A DNA stretch of 34,993 bases. Source: Candidatus Nomurabacteria bacterium. Its GTDB lineage: Bacteria; Patescibacteriota; Minisyncoccia; Phycocordibacterales; UBA9973. A program made the position numbers and the translations under genes. The stretch spans positions 1-34,993 of the forward strand of contig JADZEV010000010.1 in NCBI GenBank assembly GCA_020850295.1, given 5' to 3'. The notes beneath the pieces were generated by a model. The model worked only from the letters and a program-made list of their open reading frames with translations. It was not told the DNA's origin and did not search any database. Of the stretch, positions 14,797-22,606 are shown one piece after another (position 1 is the first letter of the stretch; each line of letters starts with the position of its first letter).

Positions 14797-16437
14797 ATGC
14801 AAAATCAAAAATTCTTTTTGTATGCTCGCAAGTCTACGGATGTCGAGGATAAACAAGTATTGTCTATCGAAGCACAGTTGGACGAATTGCGAGACTATGC
14901 CAAGCGAGAAGCAATAGAAATTTCCGCCGAATATGTGGAAAAACAATCTGCGAAAATTCCAGGTCGTCCGATATTTAACAAGATGTTAGATGATATTGAA
15001 AAACTCGGTGGAAGTATTCTCGCATGGCATCCTGACCGACTTGCCCGCAATTCAGTGGACGGCGGTCGAGTGATTTACCTCCTCGACACAGGGAAACTTG
15101 CGAGCCTGAAGTTTCCAACCTTTTGGTGTGATTCCACGTCACAAGGTAAGTTCATGCTCAACATGGCTTTCGGACAAAGCAAATACTATGTAGATTCTCT
15201 TTCCGAGAACACGAAGCGTGGACTTCGCCAAAAAGTCCGTAATGGAGATTACCCAAGCCAAGCGCCTGTTGGGTATATCAACGACTCTCGGACTAAAAGT
15301 ATTGTGGTGGACAAGAAAAAATCTCGTGTCATTCGCTTGGCTTTTGAACGATATGTCAAAGGTGGTCAAAGACTGGAAGACATCGCAAACTTTTTGGCGA
15401 AGAACGGAATATCCACGCGTTCCGGAAAGAGAATGTCCAAATCTCGTGCGACTTTCATTTTGTCCAATCCGTTTTACATTGGTTTATTCAAATACGGTGG
15501 TGAACGTCACGAAGGAAAGTACGAGCCAATCATTTCAAAGAAACTTTTTGATGAAGCACAGGAAATGTTGAAATTTCGTGGTCAACCTGAACGAAAACCA
15601 CAAAATCAACCTCAACCTTTTTGTGGACTCATTTCCTGTGCTTCCTGCGGAATGATGATAACTGGCGAACATAAATTCAAACGGCAGAAAAATGGTAATG
15701 TTCACGAATATACTTACTATCGTTGTACGAAAAAAAGAAAAGATTTTGTTTGTAAAGAATCTGCCGTTAGAGAAGAAGAATTGGATCGCCAGTTATCATC
15801 TCTCATTCAAAAAGTTTCTTTGCCCAAAGACTGGGCGGAGGAACTCAATCGTCTTGCTTTGCAAGACTACGGAAAATCCGCCAAGTCTTTGGCTGTTTGC
15901 GTGAAAGAAAAGCAAGACGCCATTTCTGCTATCAATATTCGATTGGAGCGACTTCTCAATGGATATTTGGAACAAGATATTGAACAGGAAATATATCGTG
16001 CTGAAAAATCAAAGTTATTACTTCGAAAGAAGTCGCTCGATGAAGAAATGTCATCTCTTTCACGCAAACAAAATACTTGGCTCGAACCTTTCCAAAATTG
16101 GCTAAAAGTCGCACAGAGCTTGGACAAAACCGCTTCTGATTCAGACCTTTTTGCTAAAAAGGTCTGTGCCAAAGAAATCTTTGGCTCGAACCTCCTCCTC
16201 GGCGAAAAATTAGTGCGCGCCAGCGCGCCCGCATTTCTGAATTCCCCCGCAAAATCAGGGCAAACAGAATGGGCGTGCCTTCGGCACGCCCACGCATTGG
16301 CTCGTTCAGAGCCTCTTAGTTCTGTTCTGGTGCCCGAGGAGAGACTTGAACTCTCACCCCTTACGAGACTCGATTTTGAGTCGAGCGCGTCTACCATTCC
16401 GCCACTCGGGCTAACACGCTTATTTTACATGGTTTAA
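14797..16437 (+). CDS. Large serine recombinase (resolvase domain + recombinase domain + zinc ribbon + coiled coil), with a 3' extension through IR-B and antisense tRNA-Leu
   Basis: N-terminal FLYARKSTD (catalytic Ser) and HPDRLARN. Recombinase domain SNPFYIGLFKYGG. Zinc ribbon CASCG...YYRCTKK. The paralog at 32630-33430 ends about 6 codons after the shared motif G(S/N)N.LL..EK, whereas this ORF continues ~75 more codons. About aa 464-546 in total are encoded by IR-B and the complement of tRNA-Leu. Confidence 0.85.
   Translation: MQNQKFFLYARKSTDVEDKQVLSIEAQLDELRDYAKREAIEISAEYVEKQSAKIPGRPIFNKMLDDIEKLGGSILAWHPDRLARNSVDGGRVIYLLDTGKLASLKFPTFWCDSTSQGKFMLNMAFGQSKYYVDSLSENTKRGLRQKVRNGDYPSQAPVGYINDSRTKSIVVDKKKSRVIRLAFERYVKGGQRLEDIANFLAKNGISTRSGKRMSKSRATFILSNPFYIGLFKYGGERHEGKYEPIISKKLFDEAQEMLKFRGQPERKPQNQPQPFCGLISCASCGMMITGEHKFKRQKNGNVHEYTYYRCTKKRKDFVCKESAVREEELDRQLSSLIQKVSLPKDWAEELNRLALQDYGKSAKSLAVCVKEKQDAISAINIRLERLLNGYLEQDIEQEIYRAEKSKLLLRKKSLDEEMSSLSRKQNTWLEPFQNWLKVAQSLDKTASDSDLFAKKVCAKEIFGSNLLLGEKLVRASAPAFLNSPAKSGQTEWACLRHAHALARSEPLSSVLVPEERLELSPLTRLDFESSASTIPPLGLTRLFYMV
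16186..16332. repeat. IR-B right copy (147 bp)
   Basis: Reverse complement of 14465-14611 with 6 mismatches. Its outer 5 nt are the ACCA end (plus the preceding C) of tRNA-Leu. Confidence 0.9.
16205..16327 (-). ncRNA. Candidate structured RNA (B RNA, tRNA-Leu trailer copy), ~123 nt
   Basis: Starts immediately after the encoded CCA of tRNA-Leu and ends at GCGCG-ctgg-CGCGC plus TTTTT. Same predicted helices as the 14466-14591 copy. Confidence 0.45.
16328..16411 (-). tRNA. tRNA-Leu (anticodon CAA), CCA encoded
   Basis: Hand fold: acceptor GCCCGAG/CTCGGGC, anticodon arm CTCGA-CTCAAAA-TCGAG, long variable arm, T arm GAGAG-TTCAAGT-CTCTC, discriminator A, CCA. Confidence 0.9.
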
Positions 16438-16449
16438 AAGGGAAGTAAA
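16422..16449 (-). promoter_or_regulatory. Putative tRNA-Leu promoter (TTTACT-16-TAAAAT)
   Basis: The -10 ends 10 nt before tRNA position 1. Confidence 0.4.
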
Positions 16450-16469
16450 TAGAGAGTACTTCTAAGTAC

Positions 16470-16498
16470 TTGACAGTTATTTTTATATATGCTATTAT
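16470..16498 (+). promoter_or_regulatory. Near-consensus sigma-70 promoter (TTGACA-17-TATTAT)
   Basis: TTGACA at 16470-16475, 17-nt spacer, TATTAT at 16493-16498. Confidence 0.65.
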
Positions 16499-16504
16499 GA
16501 AAAT

Positions 16505-16663
16505 AACCAAAAGTTCATTTTAGTTTATGAAAAAACTCTTTTGGCATCGCTGTTCTTTAAAAAAAGAACTATGATGCAATCATGCAGAATGCGCATGTAA
16601 ATTATGGGGTCAAGACAAGACCATAAAATAACTCCCACCATTTATATGGTGGAATATTTTTTT
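16505..16663 (+). ncRNA. Candidate small RNA (~160 nt) between a strong promoter and an intrinsic terminator
   Basis: Hairpins GCATC..GTTCTTtaaaaaaAGAAC..GATGC and TTAT(GG)GGTC-aagacaa-GACCATAA, then the terminator CCACCA-tttata-TGGTGG plus a T-run (16635-16663). parB has its own extended -10 downstream of this terminator. Confidence 0.4.
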
Positions 16664-16693
16664 ACTCAAAACTTTTTGTGTTATCATATAGCC

Positions 16694-17716
16694 ATGTCAA
16701 ACCTTTATTCAAACTCTATTTTCTTTATTGATACTGACAAGATTTTCCCAAACCCGTACCAACCTCGTCGTGAATTTGAAGAAGGTCCACTTAATGATTT
16801 AGCTGATTCTATTCGCCAATATGGAGTACTTCAGCCACTTACAGTTTCAAGAATAGAAAAAGAAACTCCAGATGGAGGACTTGTTACAGAGTACGAACTT
16901 ATTGCTGGAGAGCGAAGACTTCGCGCCTCAAAGCTTGCAGGTATAGCACAAGTGCCTGTGATTATCAGAGTTGGAGATGATCCAATGATGAAGCTAGAGC
17001 TCGCTATTATCGAAAATGTTCAAAGAGAGGATTTGAATGCTGTTGAAAGAGCTCGAGCCTATGCTAGGCTTGTTGAAGAATTTAAATTCACTCACGCACA
17101 AATAGGGCAAAAGGTAGGTAAAAGTCGTGAGCATGTTTCAAACTCCCTGAGACTTCTTTTAATGCCACAAGAATTCTTGGATGCACTATCTTCTGGGAAA
17201 ATAAACGAAGGTCATACTCGTCCACTCTTGATGCTCTCTAGTCGCAAAGAAGAGCAAATGACTCTATTTAAGGAAATAATGTATCGCAAGATCTCTGTTA
17301 GAGAAGCAGAACGCATTGCTCGAAGGATAGCTACAGACAAAGCTCGCAAAAAGGAACTTCTTCCTACACCTGAGCTTTTAGAAATAGAGAAACATTTACA
17401 AGACAAACTTGGTACTAGAGTACACATTCAACAAGCAGAAGTCGGCGGGAAAATCACTATTGATTATTTTTCAAACGAAGACTTGGATGTGATAGTTGAT
17501 GTTTTGGGTAAAGCAGAAGCTAGAGGAAGCACAGAAGAGAACTTCAAGGCCTTTATAGCTACCAAAGAAGGGGAACAGGTCAAAGAAGATACGCCAGAAG
17601 AACTTTCTTCAGAGAAAGAAGAAGTAGAAATGCTAGACGATAGAAGTAAAGAAGAAGTCAAAGAAGACGATAAAGAAATAGACGATCTTTATAATATCAA
17701 AAATTTTTCTCTTTAA
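16694..17716 (+). CDS. parB: ParB/Spo0J chromosome partitioning protein
   Basis: ParB box LIAGERRLRASKLAG, HTH QIGQKVGKSREHVSNSLRLL, acidic C-terminal tail. Start set to the ATG at 16694, 6 nt after TGtTATCAT. Confidence 0.85.
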   Translation: MSNLYSNSIFFIDTDKIFPNPYQPRREFEEGPLNDLADSIRQYGVLQPLTVSRIEKETPDGGLVTEYELIAGERRLRASKLAGIAQVPVIIRVGDDPMMKLELAIIENVQREDLNAVERARAYARLVEEFKFTHAQIGQKVGKSREHVSNSLRLLLMPQEFLDALSSGKINEGHTRPLLMLSSRKEEQMTLFKEIMYRKISVREAERIARRIATDKARKKELLPTPELLEIEKHLQDKLGTRVHIQQAEVGGKITIDYFSNEDLDVIVDVLGKAEARGSTEENFKAFIATKEGEQVKEDTPEELSSEKEEVEMLDDRSKEEVKEDDKEIDDLYNIKNFSL

Positions 17717-19185
17717 GCTCCAATATTTGTATCGTTATTACTCTCTAGATAATGTCTGATTTTCCTTTTGGCAAAACTGCTTTTTGCGTGTTCTAACCAC
17801 TTATGGGTTGGATGAGCGTTTTTGTTTGTAGCTATCTCAACAATGTCTCCATTTTTTAATATGGTATCAATACTTGCCATTTTTCTATTTATTTTTACAG
17901 AACCTATTTTCTCGCCGATATCAGAGTGTATAGCATAAGCAAAATCTATAGGACTAGAGTCTTCCGGAAGATCTACAACATCACCTTTGGGTGTAAATAC
18001 GAAAATACGATGGTTAAAAAAGTCTAGTTTTAATTCATTCATATCATCAATACTCTCTACTAAGCTAGAGAGTTCTTTAAGTTGAGTAAGCCAAGCTCTT
18101 TGTTGTTTTTGAGGAATTTTATCGGTTGTTGTTACTTCTTTGTAGACCAAATGAGAGGCAATACCAAGCTCTGCATCTAGGTGCATTTCTTGTGTTCTTA
18201 TTTGTATTTCTACAACACCACCAGGGGTTATAACTGTAGTGTGCAATGATTTATAACCGTTTGGCTTTGGTACTGCTATCCAGTCTTTTATTCTTCCTGG
18301 TACAGGTTTCCAGGCCATATGCATAAGGCCAAGTACTTGATAACAATCAGCTACAGTTTTAACTAGGATACGAAGAGCAACAATATCGTGAATCTTTTCT
18401 TTCTCCATGTTGTATTTAAGAAGCTTTCTGTACAGACTATAAGTGTGTTTTACTCGAGCCTCTACTGATGCCTCTATAGAAAAAGATTTTAAAATTTCTT
18501 CGACTTCATTTTTAATACTATCAACAAGTTTTAAAGACTCTGGTACGAGTTCGTCCATCAACCCTTTTGTTTCTTTGTACTCATTTGGATAAGCAAAAGG
18601 GAATGCTAAGTTCTCAAGTAGACCTTTGAGTTTTCCCATACCGAGTCTTCCTGCCAGGGGCGCATAAACTTCGATAGTTTCAACAGCGATTCTTTTTTGT
18701 TTGTCACTTCTGACATGTTCGAGTGTTTCTATGTTATGAAGTCTGTCAGCGAGTTTAATAATAAGAACTCTAACATCTTCAGCTAGTGCTATGAAAAACT
18801 TTCTCATACTCTCTACATGTCTTTCAACTCCTTGGTACTTTAGTTTTCCAAGTTTGGTAACACCAGAGACTAAAAATAAAACTTCTTCCCCAAAGTTTTC
18901 TAAGATTTGTTCTTCTGTTGCTTCGGTGTCTTCTAAAGTGTCGTGTAGTAGTGCTCCAGAAATAGTAATGGCATCAGCTCCTAGTGAAGCACAGTTCTTG
19001 GCGACTTCTACGGCGTGATTAAAATAAGGTTCACCATTGTTTCGTTTTTGATTTTCGTGTGCTTTTTGAGAAAAAGTGTATGCTTTTTCTATAAGAGTTT
19101 TTTCAGAGTCACTAAAGTCTTTTGAGCTACTTTCGAATATGTCATTTAGGTCTAATCCTTTACTTTTCATGGTATTGTTATACAC
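17713..19185 (-). CDS. Rel/SpoT-family (p)ppGpp synthetase/hydrolase (HD + synthetase + TGS, no ACT domain)
   Basis: HD motif LHDTLEDT, synthetase-region DIVALRILV...YKSLHT, TGS IFVFTPKGDVVDLPEDSSPIDFAY. The start may be the ATG at 19170 rather than the GTG at 19185. Confidence 0.85.
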   Translation of the reverse strand: MYNNTMKSKGLDLNDIFESSSKDFSDSEKTLIEKAYTFSQKAHENQKRNNGEPYFNHAVEVAKNCASLGADAITISGALLHDTLEDTEATEEQILENFGEEVLFLVSGVTKLGKLKYQGVERHVESMRKFFIALAEDVRVLIIKLADRLHNIETLEHVRSDKQKRIAVETIEVYAPLAGRLGMGKLKGLLENLAFPFAYPNEYKETKGLMDELVPESLKLVDSIKNEVEEILKSFSIEASVEARVKHTYSLYRKLLKYNMEKEKIHDIVALRILVKTVADCYQVLGLMHMAWKPVPGRIKDWIAVPKPNGYKSLHTTVITPGGVVEIQIRTQEMHLDAELGIASHLVYKEVTTTDKIPQKQQRAWLTQLKELSSLVESIDDMNELKLDFFNHRIFVFTPKGDVVDLPEDSSPIDFAYAIHSDIGEKIGSVKINRKMASIDTILKNGDIVEIATNKNAHPTHKWLEHAKSSFAKRKIRHYLESNNDTNIGA

Positions 19186-19260
19186 TTTTCTTTAGAAAAA
19201 TACCATACTATATAAGTAGCCATAACTAAGTGAAAAATTATATGTCCTGCACTTAGTTAA

Positions 19261-19287
19261 ACCCTCTGGTTCTCCAGGGGGTTTTGT
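19261..19287. terminator. Terminator hairpin downstream of topA
   Basis: ACCCTCTGG-ttct-CCAGGGGGT flanked by A and T runs. Confidence 0.6.
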
Positions 19288-21494
19288 TATTTCTGCTTCT
19301 TTTGAAAACCTCTAGGTTTTTTAGGTATTGCCAGCAATCCCAAAGCTTCCTCTAAGGTTATAGTATAAACATCAAGAGGTGATTTTATAGAACGGAAATC
19401 TCCATCGTGGGCAACATAAGGACCAAAGCGACCATTGTTAGCAGTAACTTCTTTTTGGCTTTCTGGATGAAGTCCTAGTGTTCTAGGAAGAGATAGATAA
19501 GTCAGAGCCATTTCTATTGTGACATTGCTAGGATCAACATCTTTTGGGATCGAAGCCATTTTGGGCTTTTCCTTCTTTTCGCCCTTCTTTGCCTTTCCTT
19601 TCTCTGGCATAAGACCTAGTTGTACATAAGGACCAAAACGACCAACTTTTATAAATACAGGTAAATTAGTTTCTGGGTCAACACCGATAGGCTCATCGTC
19701 TTTGATCTCTGTTCCGTCCAACATAAGAGCGCCATCACAATCCGGATATCGATCACAAGATAAGAATTTGCCACCTCGACCAAGTTTGACAACCATAGTG
19801 CTTCCACACTTTGGACATTTATACTTTGGATCTGCAGCTTCAAGAGTAGTAGCTTTATCTAATTTTTCTTTTTCTTTAATTTCTTTTTTAAATGGAGTGT
19901 AAAAGTCTTTTAAGGTTTTTACATATTCTCGATCACCTGAAGCAATGTCGTCGAGACGGTTTTCCATATCTGCAGTGAAAGTGTCAGATATATATTCCAT
20001 AAAGTTTTGTTCTAAAAATGTAGAAACTACTTCACCGGTATCTGTTGGCTTAAGAGAGCGGTTTATTTTTTCTATGTAACCTCTGGTCTCAAGAGTGCTA
20101 ATTGTAGCGGCATAAGTAGAAGGGCGACCAATACCTCTGGCTTCAAGCTCTTTAACAAGGCCAGCTTCTGAATATCTATTTGGTGGCTCTGTTTGTTTTT
20201 CTGTTTCTGATAAGTCTAAGAGCTTTAACGAATCACCCTCTGAAACTTTTGGTAAATTCACATCTTCACTACGAGCAGCTGTGTCTACTGATAACCATCC
20301 AGCAAAGAGCATTTGTGATCCTGTAGCAGAAAAATCAGGGATACTATCTCCTTTAACATTTGTCACAATACGAGTCTTCAAAAGTTTTGCATCAACCATT
20401 TGCGAAGAAACAGTTCTTTCCCAAATAAGGCTGTACAACTTTTTTTGCTCTTCATTATTTCCAGCATTTAATTTTTCTATATTTGTTGGCCTAATAGCCT
20501 CGTGAGCTTCTTGAGCATTTTTAGATTTAGTTTTGTATTGTCTAACTTCTGAATATTCTTTGCCGTATTTTTTTTCAACTAATTTTGAAATAGAAGCCAA
20601 AACCTGCTTTGAAATATTTGTAGAATCTGTACGCATATAAGATATGTGTCCAGCTTCATAAAGTTTTTGAGCAACTTGCATTGTTCTACTGGGAGAGAAT
20701 CCAAGTCTTGAAGAGGCAGTTTGTTGCAATGTAGAGGTAGTAAATGGCGCTCTCGGAGATCTTTTTTGTTCTGACTCTTTTACTTCTTTTACATACCAAG
20801 GTTTTGATTTTCCATCTTTTAATATTTGATCAACAACTTTTTTTTCTTTTGGTTCTTCTGTACAAGAAAATACTATTTCTTCTTTTTTATCGGTTTGACA
20901 TGTAGCAGAGAGGCTCCAGTATGTCTCTGGAACAAAGGCTTTTATTTCTCGTTCTCTTTCAACAAGTATTCGAAGAGCAGGAGATTGAACTCTTCCTGCC
21001 GAAAGGCCATATCTAACTTTTTGCCAAATTATTCCTGATAAGTCATAGCCAACAAGTCGGTCTAGTACTCGACGAGCTTCTTGAGCTTTGCGCAGATTTG
21101 TATCAATAGCGCGTGGATGCTTCAGGGCTTCCAAAATAGCATCTTTGGTGATTTCGTTAAAAGCCACTCTAGAAATATTTGCTTTCACTTTTTTGTCAGC
21201 TTTTAAAAGCTCTTCTATGTGCCAAGAAATAGCCTCTCCTTCTCGGTCAGGATCGGTTGCTAGGATAATATTTTTGGCTTTATGGGCAAGATCTTGGAGC
21301 TCAGAAACAACCTTGTCTTTTCCTTTACTGATCTCATAATGCGGAACAAACCCCGCTTCTATATCTATAGCTTTTTTGTTTGATTTTGGAAGGTCACGAA
21401 CATGCCCAACAGAAGCGCGCACTGTATATTGCCCATCCAAATACTTCTCTATAGTCTTCGCTTTTGAGGGCGACTCAACAATAAGTAAATTCAT
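19287..21494 (-). CDS. topA: DNA topoisomerase I
   Basis: TOPRIM start MNLLIVESPSKAKTIEKYL, the active-site region SYMRTDS, C-terminal zinc ribbons CPKCGS...CDRYPDC. Start trimmed to the ATG at 21494. Confidence 0.9.
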   Translation of the reverse strand: MNLLIVESPSKAKTIEKYLDGQYTVRASVGHVRDLPKSNKKAIDIEAGFVPHYEISKGKDKVVSELQDLAHKAKNIILATDPDREGEAISWHIEELLKADKKVKANISRVAFNEITKDAILEALKHPRAIDTNLRKAQEARRVLDRLVGYDLSGIIWQKVRYGLSAGRVQSPALRILVEREREIKAFVPETYWSLSATCQTDKKEEIVFSCTEEPKEKKVVDQILKDGKSKPWYVKEVKESEQKRSPRAPFTTSTLQQTASSRLGFSPSRTMQVAQKLYEAGHISYMRTDSTNISKQVLASISKLVEKKYGKEYSEVRQYKTKSKNAQEAHEAIRPTNIEKLNAGNNEEQKKLYSLIWERTVSSQMVDAKLLKTRIVTNVKGDSIPDFSATGSQMLFAGWLSVDTAARSEDVNLPKVSEGDSLKLLDLSETEKQTEPPNRYSEAGLVKELEARGIGRPSTYAATISTLETRGYIEKINRSLKPTDTGEVVSTFLEQNFMEYISDTFTADMENRLDDIASGDREYVKTLKDFYTPFKKEIKEKEKLDKATTLEAADPKYKCPKCGSTMVVKLGRGGKFLSCDRYPDCDGALMLDGTEIKDDEPIGVDPETNLPVFIKVGRFGPYVQLGLMPEKGKAKKGEKKEKPKMASIPKDVDPSNVTIEMALTYLSLPRTLGLHPESQKEVTANNGRFGPYVAHDGDFRSIKSPLDVYTITLEEALGLLAIPKKPRGFQKKQK

Positions 21495-21706
21495 AACTGT
21501 GCATGCAGTAGTACCATGATAAAAGAAAAATCGCAAATATTAGCACTAAAAAAGCCACCTCATCAGGCGACCTTTCTTTAAAATTTATTTACGCTGTTTT
21601 CTTTTTAAGAGATTCTTTATGTAAGCAGAACTCTTGGGTTTGGTAGTAAAGTTTTTGTTAATTACCATTCAATAAACTTTTACTTATACTACATTCTTAA
21701 AACAAA

Positions 21707-22570
21707 TTATGCAATTCTTTCTATTAGTCCGTATGTTTCTTTTATCAACCCCTTTATTTCAAGTGTTGAGAATATTACATTTGCTTCTGCACTAGTTAAC
21801 CCCAACTCTTCAATAACAGCATCTTTTGTTTTTGGCTCTGTTAAAGCTCCCAGAACCTTACCTTCTTGTTCGTTTAATAATAATGCTGTTACCGGGGTAT
21901 CTTTGGTCTGTAATCCGAGTTCTTGTAAAATATCTGCACTGCTTGTTATTGGTACAGCACCGAGCCGAAGTAACCAATTTGCACCCTTAGAAGAGTTATT
22001 AAAAACATTGCCTGGAACAGCGCCAACTATTTTGTTGTATTCTGTTCCGAGTCTAGCTGTAATAAGAGCACCAGACTTTTCTTGAGCTTCTATTATTATG
22101 ACTATATCAGCTATACCTGCGACCAATCTATTTCTCTGAGGAAATGTCCAAATAGCACCTTTGGTTTCTGGTTCGTATTCAGAAAAAATCGCACCGCCTG
22201 ATTTTAAAATTTCTTTGGCTAAGCTTTTATTGATAGCAGGATAAAGTGAACTCCAGGAAAGACCTGAGCCAGGAAAAGCTATAGTTGTAATACCTGCTTC
22301 TAATGCTGTTTTGTGAGCAATCGCATCAATGCCCATAGCCAACCCTGAGACAATCACAACATTGTAGCCACGAAGTCCTTCTATTAAATTTTTACAAACA
22401 TTTATTCCATAACTTGTACAAGCTCGAGAGCCGACTATGGCAACAATCTTTTTGTGTTTTATTTGTTCTAATGAACCACGAACATACATTCGTTTTGGTT
22501 TTTGAGGTATTTCAGACAAAGAAGGAAAAATCTCAAAAGGATCGATTTCTTTTATAGGAAAATCTTCCAT
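21707..22570 (-). CDS. dprA: DNA processing protein DprA (Smf)
   Basis: VAIVGSRACTSYG...VIVSGLAMGIDAIAHKTAL...TIAFPGSGL...FPQRNRLVAG. Confidence 0.9.
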   Translation of the reverse strand: MEDFPIKEIDPFEIFPSLSEIPQKPKRMYVRGSLEQIKHKKIVAIVGSRACTSYGINVCKNLIEGLRGYNVVIVSGLAMGIDAIAHKTALEAGITTIAFPGSGLSWSSLYPAINKSLAKEILKSGGAIFSEYEPETKGAIWTFPQRNRLVAGIADIVIIIEAQEKSGALITARLGTEYNKIVGAVPGNVFNNSSKGANWLLRLGAVPITSSADILQELGLQTKDTPVTALLLNEQEGKVLGALTEPKTKDAVIEELGLTSAEANVIFSTLEIKGLIKETYGLIERIA

Positions 22571-22606
22571 ATTGGAATAATTGTACCACTTTGGTAATAT
22601 TGAGGA

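Noticed and set aside
12032-16332. An IS-like transposon with target-site duplications.
   Set aside because: I found no direct repeat flanking either repeat-bounded unit. The bases next to the repeat ends differ (AGA against CCC), so a DDE-type insertion footprint is not supported. Serine-recombinase chemistry, which leaves no duplication, remains possible.
15867-16397. Long antisense ORFs inside real genes: 15867-16397(-), 28512-28955(-), 31124-31579(-), 2812-3150(-), 5803-6108(-) and 25283-25573(-).
   Set aside because: They are shadow frames opposite well-supported conserved genes, with no family resemblance.
16604-16693. The upstream ATG at 16604 as the parB start.
   Set aside because: The extension would cross an intrinsic terminator (16635-16663) and is not ParB-like. 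The ATG at 16694 follows an extended -10 at the spacing typical of this genome.
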